Source of the DNA: Candidatus Bathyarchaeota archaeon
GTDB lineage: Archaea; Thermoproteota; Bathyarchaeia; 40CM-2-53-6
Assembly: GCA_963726255.1 (NCBI GenBank)
Contig: CAVSBL010000002.1
Coordinates: 480,001 to 544,000 of the forward strand
Length of the DNA: 64,000 nucleotides
Reading direction: 5' to 3'
Shown here: positions 29,473 through 40,039 of the stretch, piece after piece
Numbering within the stretch: position 1 is the first letter of the stretch
Layout of the letters: each line of letters opens with the position of its first letter
Translations under genes and position numbers: made by a program
Notes under the pieces: generated by a model
The model's database searches: none
The model's input: only the letters and a program-made list of their open reading frames with translations
What the model was told of the DNA's origin: nothing

Positions 29473-30362
29473 TTAAACGAACGAGGCTACCCCAAAGCCG
29501 CATGCCATCAGAGCAATTGTTAACAGAATGAATAGCACGTTTGAGCCTAGCGCTGGGACCAAGTTGGATGTTCGGTTGTAGTTCTTCAAAGTGATTCGGC
29601 TGGCTTTGTATGCTATGGGTAGGCTGAGGAGCGAGACGAGCACTGGGAGCGGCGCTGCGCCGATAGCCACAGCGAGAATAATTGATGCGTAAGTTGCTGC
29701 CTGGCCTGCCACGTAGAGCCAAGCCGAGCCTTTTTTCCCCACTAGTATTACAATATGACGCCTACCGCCAACTCTGTCAACTTCGGCGTCAGGGAACTCG
29801 TTAAGAAATAGGAGTAGAGCGACGAGAATTGTGATTGGAATCAGTATGACGATGCCTGCAGCGTCGATCAAACCGGTCTGCGTAACGTACACTCCCAAAC
29901 CCATCAGCCCGAAACCGGAGCCAGCGACAATTTCGCTTACGGCGGGAACGCAGAAAGAACTGGCGTGTAGAGGACGATTACGATCGCTCCGTAGACGATC
30001 AGGGGGAGAAGGACGTTGAACAAACGTACCAAGAAGTAGACTCCAATCAAGGCAGCACAGATTATCGTAAACAGGCAGACCGTAAGTGCTTCCGAGGGTT
30101 TCATCATGCCCTTGACGAGTGTGTCGACCCCGCCGCTGAAAGGTGTCTTAGGGGTTTTCGCGTCGATTTTGGAGCGATAGTCGAAGTAATTGTTGAAAGC
30201 GTTCACTGAGGCGTGTGTAAGTAAACCTCCCACCATGACAAGGGCAGCGTCGATGGGAAGGAAGACCCGGTGCGAATAGAATGCGGCTGCTAGGCCGGCG
30301 AATACTATAACGACGGTTAACGGCAGGAAATTCGCTCGAGTAATCGAAACTAAGTTGCTCAA
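29473..30362 (-). CDS. UbiA/MenA-family prenyltransferase (1-nt frameshift near 29950)
   Basis: NAFNNYFDY...D...TPFSGG and NEFPD.EVD..GGR motifs are split over two ORFs. Adding one base rejoins them. Confidence 0.85.
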
Positions 30363-30463
30363 AAGCTACTTTCCAGCTCGCCACACTCGGAGGCTATCTC
30401 AAGCATTTTAACTTACGCGGCCACATTCCACGAACGGAAGGTACGCTCTGGTATCGGGATGAT

Positions 30464-31711
30464 TTGCGCTTGAGCAAAGTCAAAGATCCGTCCTTGGCCC
30501 CTCAGGGTCAGTTGAAAATTGAATGGGCACGTGTGCACATGCCCGTGCTTGAAAGAATCCGTGCGCGGTTTGAGAAAGAAAAGCCGTTTCAAGGGTTGTC
30601 CATGGCGATGTGCATGCACCTAGAAATGAAAACCGCTGTCCTAGGGCAAACAATGCAGGCTGGTGGGGCCTCCGTGGCGATAACTGGTAGCAACCCACTG
30701 TCAACGCAGGATGATGTTGCGGCAGCTCTGGCGAACTCGGGTGTGAACGTGTACGCGTGGCATGGTGTAACGCCCAACGAACACCGCGAAAACCTGTTTC
30801 AAGTTCTCAGCCACAAGCCGCAATTAATAATCGATGATGGCGCCGAGCTTTCGGTGGCAGTTCACACAGACAAGAAGGAGCTTCTCGGGCATGTGATTGG
30901 AGCATGCGAAGAAACCACGACAGGCGTCCACCGCTACAACGCATTGGAGAAGGATGGTTTACTCAAGTATCCCGTGATAGCAGTAAACGACGCCTATAGC
31001 AAATACCTGTTTGACAGCCAATATGGAACAGGCCAATCCGCTCTAGAAGGCGTGATGCGGGCCACAAACATGCTCATCGCCGGAAAAGTAGTCGTCGTAG
31101 CCGGCTACGGTTGGGTGGGACGTGGCATCGCCTTAAGATCGAAAGGCCTCGGCGCAAATGTCGTCGTCACCGAAGTCGACCCCGTCAGGGCGTTGGAGGC
31201 GGCGATGGAAGGGTATCGAGTGATGCCAATGGCGGAGGCCGCCAAGATTGGGGACATATTCATCACCGCTACGGGCGTGAAATCAATCATAACTAAACAG
31301 CACTTCGATGAGATGAAAGACGGCGCAATCATGGCGAACTCGGGACACTTTGATGTGGAAATTGAGGTCAAGGAACTGCGCGCCACTGCTAGCGCAGTAC
31401 GGGTCGCAAGGCAGAATGTGGAAGAGTTCAAGATGAAGGATGGTAGACGGCTCTACCTACTTGCGGAAGGACGTTTGGTGAATTTGGCTGCGGCAGACGG
31501 CCATCCAGCCGAGGTTATGGACATGAGCTTTGCAGACCAAGCACTCGCGGCTGAGTATCTAGTCAAGAACAAGGGTAAGCTGCAGGCAAAGGTCTACAGA
31601 ATGCCGCTTGAGATCGACAAGGAAGTTGCGAATTTGTGGCTTGATAGTCACGGGTTTAAAATCGATAGCCGGAGCGCAGAGCAAACCAAGTATCTCTCTT
31701 CCTGGCAGTGA
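30464..31711 (+). CDS. ahcY: S-adenosylhomocysteine hydrolase
   Basis: [29 protein letters not shown] and [12 protein letters not shown]. Confidence 0.97.
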   Translation: MRLSKVKDPSLAPQGQLKIEWARVHMPVLERIRARFEKEKPFQGLSMAMCMHLEMKTAVLGQTMQAGGASVAITGSNPLSTQDDVAAALANSGVNVYAWHGVTPNEHRENLFQVLSHKPQLIIDDGAELSVAVHTDKKELLGHVIGACEETTTGVHRYNALEKDGLLKYPVIAVNDAYSKYLFDSQYGTGQSALEGVMRATNMLIAGKVVVVAGYGWVGRGIALRSKGLGANVVVTEVDPVRALEAAMEGYRVMPMAEAAKIGDIFITATGVKSIITKQHFDEMKDGAIMANSGHFDVEIEVKELRATASAVRVARQNVEEFKMKDGRRLYLLAEGRLVNLAAADGHPAEVMDMSFADQALAAEYLVKNKGKLQAKVYRMPLEIDKEVANLWLDSHGFKIDSRSAEQTKYLSSWQ

Positions 31712-31713
31712 CT

Positions 31714-32019
31714 TCAGCCAAGTATCCTCCGAACCACCTGCTTCGTCGGAGCGTTCAGCATCCGCGCCAGGGACATCAAGTAGTCGCTGCGGGCTACGAT
31801 TGTGACGACGGGCGCACTAATCAGATAGTACAGCTTCAGAAAGTTCAACGCGAGAACAAACTTCACCCGGCTCCGCTCGCGGAACCCCTTCTGGGCGCAT
31901 AATTCGTGCCTCAAGCGCATCTGAGCATACTGTTCTGCTCGCTGGTTCGTGTCGGAGAACCAACCAGCATGCGCGCGGAGATTCTTGCTCAATTTTGAAT
32001 CCCTGATGCGGTTCTGCAC
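31714..32019 (-). CDS. hypothetical protein
   Basis: Fills the gap between the xpf stop and the convergent ahcY stop, on the same strand as xpf. Confidence 0.4.
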   Translation of the reverse strand: MQNRIRDSKLSKNLRAHAGWFSDTNQRAEQYAQMRLRHELCAQKGFRERSRVKFVLALNFLKLYYLISAPVVTIVARSDYLMSLARMLNAPTKQVVRRILG

Positions 32020-32022
32020 TCT

Positions 32023-32697
32023 TCAGGCGAGCTTTGCCTGCTTCGCAGAACTCTGGCCATATGCCGCATCTAACAATTCATGGATTTTTGCAGCTCTCGC
32101 GTATCCAATACCACCCTTAACAGCTAACTCGGAACGCGAGGCACGAAAGACACTGCGAACTGAGCCGAAGGATTCGAGCAGCTGTTCGGCCATCTTTGGG
32201 CCAATTGTTGGAAGGGTTCCTAAGATCGATAATTGCCAGTCTCTGGTTGTCTCCATCCGGGGTTTCTTAACGAGTAAAGGTACGCCCCCCGCCTTTCCGC
32301 GGAATTTTGTGACTAATACTTCTAGGACGTCGGCGGTTTGCTCTTGATCCAATGTGAAGAACACTTTGAAATCAAATGTCATGGCTAAGGCTAGCAGCGT
32401 TCCCCAGTAGACTCTGGGATTCCGAAGGTCTGCCAAAACCTCCTGGCTATCCCCCTCCACGATGAGCAAGTAATTCTCGTATGAGTGGGAGATGCGTTGC
32501 GCCTGTTCAAACAGCCTCCCCCTATACAGGGAAGTTATGAAGTCGTGCACTGTCTTCCTCTCAACTGCAAACGACGATACTATGTAATCTCCAACGTCAA
32601 GCGTCTTCAGCTGAACGTACAATCCCCGCCTACGCAAGATTTCCGGAATTCCAGAAGCGGCTTCCCGACTGTCCACTACGATTCTAGCGAATGGCAT
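32023..32697 (-). CDS. xpf: XPF/ERCC4 endonuclease (short crenarchaeal type)
   Basis: VDSRE, GDY, VERKT..DF..S...GRL.EQ and HhH IGPKMA. Confidence 0.92.
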   Translation of the reverse strand: MPFARIVVDSREAASGIPEILRRRGLYVQLKTLDVGDYIVSSFAVERKTVHDFITSLYRGRLFEQAQRISHSYENYLLIVEGDSQEVLADLRNPRVYWGTLLALAMTFDFKVFFTLDQEQTADVLEVLVTKFRGKAGGVPLLVKKPRMETTRDWQLSILGTLPTIGPKMAEQLLESFGSVRSVFRASRSELAVKGGIGYARAAKIHELLDAAYGQSSAKQAKLA

Positions 32698-32730
32698 TTT
32701 TGACCCAACCCGTAAAGATTGAGTTGCGGC

Positions 32731-33507
32731 TTAGAAAAGTCGTGGTATTTGAATGGGAATCACTAGATTCGGCAGGGGGACTTTGAAGTACACGTACAGC
32801 GCGAGCCCCACCCCAACGAACGTTGCGAGGATGACGAGATAATCGGCAACCCGCATCCTGAGAGTCACTATTGCGGTTCTTTTCTCAGTCGCACCGAAGG
32901 CTCGAGACTCCAAGGCTTCCGCAAGTTCTACGCTCCTTCTTATGGCTGAGATTATCAGAGGAATGAGGATTGGGACGTAGTTTCGAATGCGTTTCATGAA
33001 GTTTCCCTTGTCAAGCTCCAACCCTCTGGAACGTTGAGCGTCAACAACAGTTTGGGCGTCCACCGCCATCGTGGGCACCAATCGCACGGCGGTTGTGAAA
33101 GTGAACGAGATTGAATAGGGTACGTGTATCTGTTCGAGGGCGAGGCCAAGGTCGTCTGCCGATGTCGTCATGAAGAAGAATGAGAAGGCAGACATTATCG
33201 CGAGGAACCGTATAGCGAAAGCCAACGAAGTAACTAAAGGCGTACCAAAGATCACGTTCATCACGAATATGAAGACGAACAGAAACAGCCCACCCCTCAG
33301 CGAGCGAAGCCACCGGCCTGGGCTCTTGGCCAAAATGATTCCGGGAACCTGCGCCAAGAAAATCACTAAAAGCACGATGATGTTCGTGAACATCAGGGAC
33401 GTAACAAAGAAACCGAGTGTTAGAATGAACTTCGACCTCGGGTCAAGCCTATGAATCGGGCTGTCCATTCTGGTGAATTTGAAACCCTCAACAAACCTTA
33501 GGGACAA
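32731..33507 (-). CDS. ecfT: ECF transporter transmembrane component T
   Basis: LDPRSK, AQRSRG and ALESRAF. The TTG start at 33507 is inferred. Confidence 0.9.
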   Translation of the reverse strand: MSLRFVEGFKFTRMDSPIHRLDPRSKFILTLGFFVTSLMFTNIIVLLVIFLAQVPGIILAKSPGRWLRSLRGGLFLFVFIFVMNVIFGTPLVTSLAFAIRFLAIMSAFSFFFMTTSADDLGLALEQIHVPYSISFTFTTAVRLVPTMAVDAQTVVDAQRSRGLELDKGNFMKRIRNYVPILIPLIISAIRRSVELAEALESRAFGATEKRTAIVTLRMRVADYLVILATFVGVGLALYVYFKVPLPNLVIPIQIPRLF

Positions 33508-33514
33508 CTTGCCT

Positions 33515-34363
33515 TCACCGCCTTTGGGTTGGCGCTCGCGCCTCCACCTTTGCCTTGAGTTTCCCCGAGAAAAATCCCTTGGCAGCATACGCGTCGATGA
33601 TGTTAGGTGGAGGGTTGAGGTCCTTTAGGTCGTTCATCAAGGATGCAATTTGTGGCATAACAAGAGACGCTTGCTTGACCGCCTGAGGGTTCGTCAGAAT
33701 CTCGGCTGCCGGTCCGTCTGCAATGATCTTTCCCCGGGAAAGCAGAACCACTCGAGGTCTGCATTCCGCCACAAACTCCACGTCATGAGTTACAATGATT
33801 ACGGCCTTTCCTTGGGATGTGATCTGGACTATGAAGTTTCGTAGATGGTCCTTCTGCAAGTAATCTTGGCCGATAGTCGGTTCGTCCATCACCACGTGTT
33901 TTGGATCCCAGGCAAGAACCGCGGCGAGCGCAACGCGTTTCCTTTCTCCGCCGCTGAGAACAAACGGTGAGGACTTTTCGTACCGGTTCAAATCCAAAGT
34001 GGTAAGCAAACTGGTGACCCTTCTTTGGATAGTGTCCTCCTTGAACCCGAAATTTCTGAGCGAGAAGGCCAACTCCTCTGCCACGGTCTCAGCGAATAAC
34101 TGGTGGTCGGGGTTTTGAAATATGAGGCCTACATCCCTTGAAAGCTGCGCAACCGATTTTTCCCGTGTGTTAACGCCATCAACGAGAACAGCACCTTCTG
34201 TGGGCTTTAGGAGGCCGTTGAACATCTTCACCAGCGTGGTCTTTCCCGCGCCGTTCTCTCCCATTATTGCAACGAACTCTCCATCTTTGATTTCCAGGTT
34301 AACGTTCTTCAGAACGTCTGGTCCGCCCGTGTAGTGGAAGCTGACGTTCTCGATTGAGATCAC
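33515..34363 (-). CDS. ecfA: ECF transporter ATPase
   Basis: GENGAGKT, FQNPDHQ, LSGGE and DEPT. Confidence 0.92.
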   Translation of the reverse strand: MISIENVSFHYTGGPDVLKNVNLEIKDGEFVAIMGENGAGKTTLVKMFNGLLKPTEGAVLVDGVNTREKSVAQLSRDVGLIFQNPDHQLFAETVAEELAFSLRNFGFKEDTIQRRVTSLLTTLDLNRYEKSSPFVLSGGERKRVALAAVLAWDPKHVVMDEPTIGQDYLQKDHLRNFIVQITSQGKAVIIVTHDVEFVAECRPRVVLLSRGKIIADGPAAEILTNPQAVKQASLVMPQIASLMNDLKDLNPPPNIIDAYAAKGFFSGKLKAKVEARAPTQRR

Positions 34364-35199
34364 TGGGCCAATAGCCTCCTAAGATCGGCGGCTGCTTCTT
34401 CGACTGTGATTGGATTTGTCACTCCGAATCCGTCTATTCGGAGAAGGTGGAAGAGCATCGTGACTTTGGGGAGGCCAATGCCAATTAGTCGTGCTTCGTC
34501 ATTGTAGACTTCCCGAGGGGGTCCGTCCAACGCTATTTTTCCGTTATCCATGACGATAACTCTGTTTGCATACCTCGAGACCACGTCAAGCCTGTGTTCC
34601 ACGAGTAGGGTGGTCAATTGGAGTTCGTGGTTCAGTTTAGCTATGATTTCGACGATTTCCTCCGCCGATTTGGGATCAAGAAAGGAAGTGGGCTCGTCGA
34701 GAACAAGAACGCTGGGGCGCATGGCTAGGACGCCTGCGATGGCCGCGCGTTGTTGTTGGCCCCCTGAAAGCTCGTATGGGGCCTTGTTGCGCAGGTCAAG
34801 GATACCTGTTGCCTCCATCGCCCAACGGACTCTTTCAATGGCCTCTTCCTTAGGTACGCCAAGGTTCTCCAAGCCGAATGCGACATCTCTCTCTACGGAA
34901 AGCGAGAAAAGCTGGTTCTCAGGGTTTTGGAAGACGAACCCAACATGCGTTGCTAACTCCGCCGTAGACCGTCCTTCAACATTTATTCCGTCGACTATCA
35001 GCTCGCCTGTCAATTCGCCTGAGTAAAAATTCGGGATTAATGCGTTCAGGCATCTGCAGAGAGTTGTCTTACCACAGCCGCTTGGGCCGGTCAGAATTAC
35101 GAATTCGCCTTTCTCAACTGAGAAGTTGATATCTTCCATTGACGGCTTCTCGGCGCCCGCGTAAGTGAACGAGAGCTTCTTGGCTTCAATTGCCGGCAA
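34360..35199 (-). CDS. ecfA: ECF transporter ATPase
   Basis: GPSGCGKT, FQNPENQ, LSGGQQQR and DEPT. Confidence 0.92.
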   Translation of the reverse strand: MPAIEAKKLSFTYAGAEKPSMEDINFSVEKGEFVILTGPSGCGKTTLCRCLNALIPNFYSGELTGELIVDGINVEGRSTAELATHVGFVFQNPENQLFSLSVERDVAFGLENLGVPKEEAIERVRWAMEATGILDLRNKAPYELSGGQQQRAAIAGVLAMRPSVLVLDEPTSFLDPKSAEEIVEIIAKLNHELQLTTLLVEHRLDVVSRYANRVIVMDNGKIALDGPPREVYNDEARLIGIGLPKVTMLFHLLRIDGFGVTNPITVEEAAADLRRLLAQ

Positions 35200-35223
35200 C
35201 GGATTAGGCCCCTACGCTTCATC

Positions 35224-36282
35224 TCATTTTTGCGTAATTACGCTAGTTTGAGGTGAAGCCTGCGCATTACCGGTTGTCGTCGTATTAGCTTTTGGGGGAC
35301 GCGAGAAAAATTCCCGAATCAATCCTAGCGATATTCTAAGCGCATCATTTACGTTTCCCGCTACGTTTGCGCCTGCCGCGGTCGCATGCCCCCCACCCAT
35401 ACCATTCATTCTCGCGCCCAGCGGGTTTGCGAGGTTCGTTCCGAGATGCATGCCCGTTTCAGATACGAATTCTCGAGTTGCGCGGAAACTAACGGTCAAC
35501 TCATCGTTTCTCTTTCCCGCAACAATGGCCAAATGCGCCCCAAGCGCAACCAGGGCTCTAGCGGCTGAGGCATGATACGACCCCACTTCCGATAACGCAA
35601 CCACCCATTTTCCGGCGCGTTCTATTCTGACTCTCTGGGCTGATTTGAACCGTGCAATCCTTTCGGAATCATCCATCGTGGCACGTGTAATCTCTCTTGC
35701 TTCCTCAGGGTCGGCACCTGACCGAACCAAGGCATATGCGGATTCGAAAGTTCGGCGCGTGGCAATCGACAAATACCCTGTCTCCACAAGCAACCCGACC
35801 AGGAGCGCCTGGCAAACAGCTCGGCTCGGGACGAGATGTGACTGCTTGTACATCTCGAGAATCATTTCGCAAGTTGAAGTTGCGTGTTCGTCGCAAATGA
35901 CGAAAGTTGCCGTTTTTTGGTTTTCAGGATGGGGTGCGTGGTGGTCTATCATCACCAAAGGTTTGGCGGATTGGAGAACCGGCTCACGAAGTTCGCCCAA
36001 CTGCTGAAGCGTATTCGTGTCAATCGTAACGAGCAGGTCCATCCCCGACATTTCGGGGCGTTCCGTTACCTCTAGGGGGATGGTCTGCAGAATTTGTTTC
36101 GACAGTTTGCTTACGCCCGCGGGAGAAGCGAAGGTGACCTTAACCTTTCTGTTAACGCGCTTAACAAGGGCGACGAATGCGTACGCGGCGCAAACAGCGT
36201 CGGGGTCGGAGTTTTGATGCCCTATAACCAGAACCGTTTTTGCCTTTCGGAGCAGTTTGATTAGGCGGGGGTATCCTCGCAA
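35224..36282 (-). CDS. DHH-family phosphoesterase (NrnA-like)
   Basis: HQNSDPDA, IDHH and GGGHATAAG (DHHA1). Confidence 0.9.
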   Translation of the reverse strand: MRGYPRLIKLLRKAKTVLVIGHQNSDPDAVCAAYAFVALVKRVNRKVKVTFASPAGVSKLSKQILQTIPLEVTERPEMSGMDLLVTIDTNTLQQLGELREPVLQSAKPLVMIDHHAPHPENQKTATFVICDEHATSTCEMILEMYKQSHLVPSRAVCQALLVGLLVETGYLSIATRRTFESAYALVRSGADPEEAREITRATMDDSERIARFKSAQRVRIERAGKWVVALSEVGSYHASAARALVALGAHLAIVAGKRNDELTVSFRATREFVSETGMHLGTNLANPLGARMNGMGGGHATAAGANVAGNVNDALRISLGLIREFFSRPPKANTTTTGNAQASPQTSVITQK

Positions 36283-36563
36283 AGGTTAAGCTCCCTAGCT
36301 TTCGCTTCGGCCGCGGAGAACGCCGCTTCAGTGGCCTGGTCAACGAGAGGCTCCAAATCCTGGTCGCCACCTTCTAGTTCAATCGCCACATCAACAGACA
36401 CGAGAAGCGGCTTATCGCCCACAGCCTCAATCGTGACGTCCAGGTCGCTTACTTGCTTCAACGGGATCTTAGACAACAAATGCTTTCGCGCAGCGTCCTG
36501 AGCTGCCTCGCACATCGCTTCAACCTCCTCAGACGTAGGTATTCTCTTGAACTCAATACTCAT
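36261..36563 (-). CDS. DUF3194-family protein
   Basis: Acidic small protein (DLDVTIE...VDV.IE) in its conserved position after prefoldin beta. Confidence 0.7.
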   Translation of the reverse strand: MSIEFKRIPTSEEVEAMCEAAQDAARKHLLSKIPLKQVSDLDVTIEAVGDKPLLVSVDVAIELEGGDQDLEPLVDQATEAAFSAAEAKARELNLCEDTPA

Positions 36564-36605
36564 TGTGATTACACTCTGCACGGGCGTGCGACTTGCGTAG
36601 CGGCT

Positions 36606-36977
36606 CTACTGCTGAGGGGACGGCTTTGGTCCCTGAAGTCGTTCTTGAAGCTTTTCTTGGGCTTCCTTTAACCGCTCCCTAGTCCGATCCTCTTGTTTTC
36701 CGAGGACCGTGACCCGCGTCGTCAGAAGCTCCTTCCGTTCCTTAAGTTCAGTTAGCAGGTTCTGCCTGTTCGACTTGACAAGTATGCTGCCCACGCTTTT
36801 GTAGACAGGTGTTTCGTCAGTGGACTTTTCAAGTTCAGCTATGGCTTTGTCAGTTTCGTTCAATTCCATCTCCAGCTGCTGTTTTTGCGCTGCAACGGAC
36901 TGGAGTGTTTGTTGAAGTTGTTGGAGACGAACCAATTGCTCTTGGACTTGCGGTGGTAGCTCTACTTCTTCGCCCAA
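36606..36977 (-). CDS. pfdB: prefoldin beta subunit
   Basis: LPPQVQ..L..LQQLQQ...VYKSVG.ILVK coiled coil. Confidence 0.95.
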   Translation of the reverse strand: MGEEVELPPQVQEQLVRLQQLQQTLQSVAAQKQQLEMELNETDKAIAELEKSTDETPVYKSVGSILVKSNRQNLLTELKERKELLTTRVTVLGKQEDRTRERLKEAQEKLQERLQGPKPSPQQ

Positions 36978-37114
36978 AACTTTTGCCTTCAGAACTCGCG
37001 CGAATTCGCGTAGCCATTAGACGGCAGCTAATTAAGCATTTCAGACTTTGTAACACTTTTCCTCAACTCTCCAAGCTAAATCCAAAGGCCACCCACCTAC
37101 CTTTTGATTTTGAG

Positions 37115-37435
37115 ATGATAACGAGCAGCGGCAGGCACATCCAGATAGTGGAGAGGCGCTTTTGTTCGAAGTGCAACGTGTTCACTGACCAAGTTTGCCA
37201 CAAGGTCAGGTACCAGGAGAACGAGGAGCAGTCCGGGACGTTGATCAAGAGGAGTAACTGGGTCTGTCCCACATGCCTCACTGATACCGAGGATGTCAAG
37301 ATTCAGCCGCTGCCATGCGACAAAGTGAGAATCATAAATAGAATACTCAAGATGCAAAACGATTACTCAATCCAATCCATGAGCATCTCATCACACCCGG
37401 AAAAACTAATCGTCGAAATAACCATCAAAGAATAG
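37115..37435 (+). CDS. zinc-ribbon hypothetical protein
   Basis: FCSKC...WVCPTC. Confidence 0.6.
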   Translation: MITSSGRHIQIVERRFCSKCNVFTDQVCHKVRYQENEEQSGTLIKRSNWVCPTCLTDTEDVKIQPLPCDKVRIINRILKMQNDYSIQSMSISSHPEKLIVEITIKE

Positions 37436-37516
37436 CCGGAGTCGATGCAAATCCTTCTCCTTTAATCTCAGCAGCAAAGAATACCGGGCGGTGCCCTTCG
37501 CCTAGGAGATCGTCGA

Positions 37517-38626
37517 ATGCCTGACTTAGTCAAGAAGAATATTGAGATAGACGATGAGACAGGAGCCATTAGTGGATCTCTGACCTACGCGAACGCAAAG
37601 GTTCCTGTCCCAAACAAATTTGCAACCACAACAGAACTGAATGCAACCAAGTTGGTCGGGTTGAAGCAAGACTTCCCGACCGAAATCGTGATCGCGGGAA
37701 AACTGATTTACCCCGAGACTCTGAAGCGTATACTGAAAGAGGAGGAGTTCCTCAAAGAGTTCGCAAGGCGGCTTGCACGAGAAACGTCAAGTCACGAAGA
37801 CTCGTTGAGTATGCTCTTTCTCGTACTGAAGGGCGAAGCCGCCATCGTAGAATCAAGTGACTTACGAACGGTTCTCGACCTCCAATATTTCGCTGATATG
37901 GACGTAGTTACCGTTCAGCAGAGCCCAGGTGTTTCTCCGAAGGATTTCTTCACCCTGTACCGGTTCGCTGAACGGTGGCTGGATAACAGGGGCTTGGACA
38001 AGCCACTCATGCCAGTCTTGACGCCTACTGAAACGAAACAGGACTTCGATAAGATTCTAGGGCAGGTTTTGAAGAGGGGTACAAAGCTGGTCGGGTTCGA
38101 CATGAGAGGGGGCTTCTACTACCAAGCCCTCCGCTCTTTAGAGGAGGCGAAGAAGAAGGATCCGAGCCTCTGGGTTCATGTGTTCCAGGTTCCGCCGAAA
38201 ATTCGCTTCGCTCGAAGCATGCTTCGCTGCTCGGAGGGTATGATGCTTCCACTCTTCGGCGTAGACAGTTTCAACAGGTGGGTTGTGCCACCCCCGCCCG
38301 TTCCACTCACGAAGGACAAGATCAACAGGTTCGATTCCACGAACTGGGGAGTCTTCAAACGAAAAGAGTGGACCGAACAGTACGGCCCAACTCTGCACTG
38401 CACGTGCCCTATGTGCAGCAAACAGCGGCTGCCCACCTTCTACTTAGGGCAGGTGCTTACAGTTTTGGGGAGGAGTAAGGTCCACGACCATTACGCACAA
38501 CGCGAGCAGCTCTTACAATTGTCCTCCCACGTTAAGAGTGGAAACGTGAAGAGCTTCGTCTCTAGGAAGAAGTATCCAAAGGATTTTCTCGCGCAGGTAA
38601 CCAAGTCGGAATCAGAAGCGAGTTAG
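37517..38626 (+). CDS. divergent TGT-fold (tRNA-guanine transglycosylase-like) protein
   Basis: FGVDSFN (compare LGVDMFD) and a CTCPMC-x22-H zinc site. There is no DSGG motif. Confidence 0.6.
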   Translation: MPDLVKKNIEIDDETGAISGSLTYANAKVPVPNKFATTTELNATKLVGLKQDFPTEIVIAGKLIYPETLKRILKEEEFLKEFARRLARETSSHEDSLSMLFLVLKGEAAIVESSDLRTVLDLQYFADMDVVTVQQSPGVSPKDFFTLYRFAERWLDNRGLDKPLMPVLTPTETKQDFDKILGQVLKRGTKLVGFDMRGGFYYQALRSLEEAKKKDPSLWVHVFQVPPKIRFARSMLRCSEGMMLPLFGVDSFNRWVVPPPPVPLTKDKINRFDSTNWGVFKRKEWTEQYGPTLHCTCPMCSKQRLPTFYLGQVLTVLGRSKVHDHYAQREQLLQLSSHVKSGNVKSFVSRKKYPKDFLAQVTKSESEAS

Positions 38627-39252
38627 AGCTTCGCCTCAGCCATCTTAGTCATCAGGGCTCGGAGGTCAACTTCCGAATTCGTTCTCCAACCTAGCCCCAT
38701 CACACCCGCATCATCTTCGTCAAGGTATCCTGTTCGGAGAAATATGTCGACAAGCGTTGCGGCCTTCCAGCGGCCGAACTTATGGGCGAGCAGTTTCTCG
38801 AGGTCTTCGCGTGGGGCCTTGCCTTGCTTGGAGACCAAATATGCAATGGATGCGCTCAGGGCTGCTAAGTTGTCGACTCGCCAACCGATCATCTTTGCTT
38901 CCTTAAGGCCCAGGGTCCCTTTCAGAATGACCTGGTACCTAGCCTCTTCGAGTGGGGCGCCTTCAGGTGTAATCTCACCTGTCGGAGTCTCTTTCACTTT
39001 CTTAATTTCCAAATCCAGTTCGGATAATAGTTGGTTCAACTGTCCGAGGACCTGTTCGTAATTCTTCCCCAACTTCTCCTTCAGTTCCCAGTCCTTAGCC
39101 CCGGGCATTTTGCCGCGTCGGAATAGAAGTAGGTGAACTGCACGCTTCAGCTTGTCTGAGTAGAAACTCTTAGGTTCTGTCTGCGTCTGTGTCGTTCCAG
39201 TGGTTTCAGCAGATTTTGCTTCAGTGGCTTCCGTGGTTGCCAACTTTCTCAA
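38623..39252 (-). CDS. tandem winged-helix protein (KITE/ScpB/NSE-like)
   Basis: Two wHTH-like halves and a C-terminal GYL...LGWRT..E. It is the third gene of the SMC operon. Confidence 0.55.
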   Translation of the reverse strand: MRKLATTEATEAKSAETTGTTQTQTEPKSFYSDKLKRAVHLLLFRRGKMPGAKDWELKEKLGKNYEQVLGQLNQLLSELDLEIKKVKETPTGEITPEGAPLEEARYQVILKGTLGLKEAKMIGWRVDNLAALSASIAYLVSKQGKAPREDLEKLLAHKFGRWKAATLVDIFLRTGYLDEDDAGVMGLGWRTNSEVDLRALMTKMAEAKL

Positions 39253-40037
39253 GCTCCTTGTGGAATCGGTATCGGAAAACTCACACCGCCTTCAATTGCC
39301 TTCTTCGAAGGCTCATCCATCGGGACTAGCATGAGCTGTTCGCCTTCAGTTTGGAGTTTGGCGTAGCCGTAGGTTACGAGGAAGCTTACGAAGTAAGCCC
39401 TCTGGACCGTTTCGTGGTATGACTGTGCATGAACGAATTTCCAATAGTCAATTGGCTTCTGATCAGTGTACTGGGCTCGGAGTTCTTCCCATAATGATGT
39501 GAGCAGTTTTCCGAACTCTTCGCCATGGATCCCCAAACCGGACAGTGTTGAAGAGTCGGCGGTTTCAGGTTTCTTGCCGCCCGAGTAGTCCCTCCGTTTC
39601 CACCTCTCCGAGATAGGCAAGAGCAGGTTCCAGTAGTCGAGGGATAGGGTGACGGCTTCGTTGGTTAGCTGTTCTAATTCTGCGAGGGGGTGCCAACTTT
39701 GGAGAAACACTTCGGCGAGCCGTTTCTCGCTCATTCGTTCAACTTTCCGCGTGATGAATTCGGGGTCGGCGTAGAGTGCGCTGGATTGGAATTTGAGCTG
39801 GGTATTCTGGAGGCGGACTACCTCTGAGAGTCTGTTGAGGGTGTGTGCGTCGAGGCAGTGGTCGTCGAAACTCTCCCAATGTGGGAAATACTCTCGAAGA
39901 GTTTCCACTCCCAGTTTAACATCCATGAAGAAGGGGTTGAACCTCCTCTCTGAAATCGCTTCGCAGGTCTCAATGATCTCCTCAAGCTCCTTTCTGCCAG
40001 ATGCGAGCATGCGCTTTCCTTTGGGTTTCTCAGTCAT
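39249..40037 (-). CDS. kleisin/ScpA-like protein
   Basis: N-terminal NPF..DV and C-terminal wHTH F.SFLVTYGYAKL.TE. It is encoded directly after the SMC gene. Confidence 0.55.
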   Translation of the reverse strand: MTEKPKGKRMLASGRKELEEIIETCEAISERRFNPFFMDVKLGVETLREYFPHWESFDDHCLDAHTLNRLSEVVRLQNTQLKFQSSALYADPEFITRKVERMSEKRLAEVFLQSWHPLAELEQLTNEAVTLSLDYWNLLLPISERWKRRDYSGGKKPETADSSTLSGLGIHGEEFGKLLTSLWEELRAQYTDQKPIDYWKFVHAQSYHETVQRAYFVSFLVTYGYAKLQTEGEQLMLVPMDEPSKKAIEGGVSFPIPIPQGA

Positions 40038-40039
40038 GG

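Noticed and set aside
29904-29960. Split prenyltransferase
   Set aside because: A one-base deletion rejoins the frames and there is no BHB structure. It is an error or a recent pseudogenisation.
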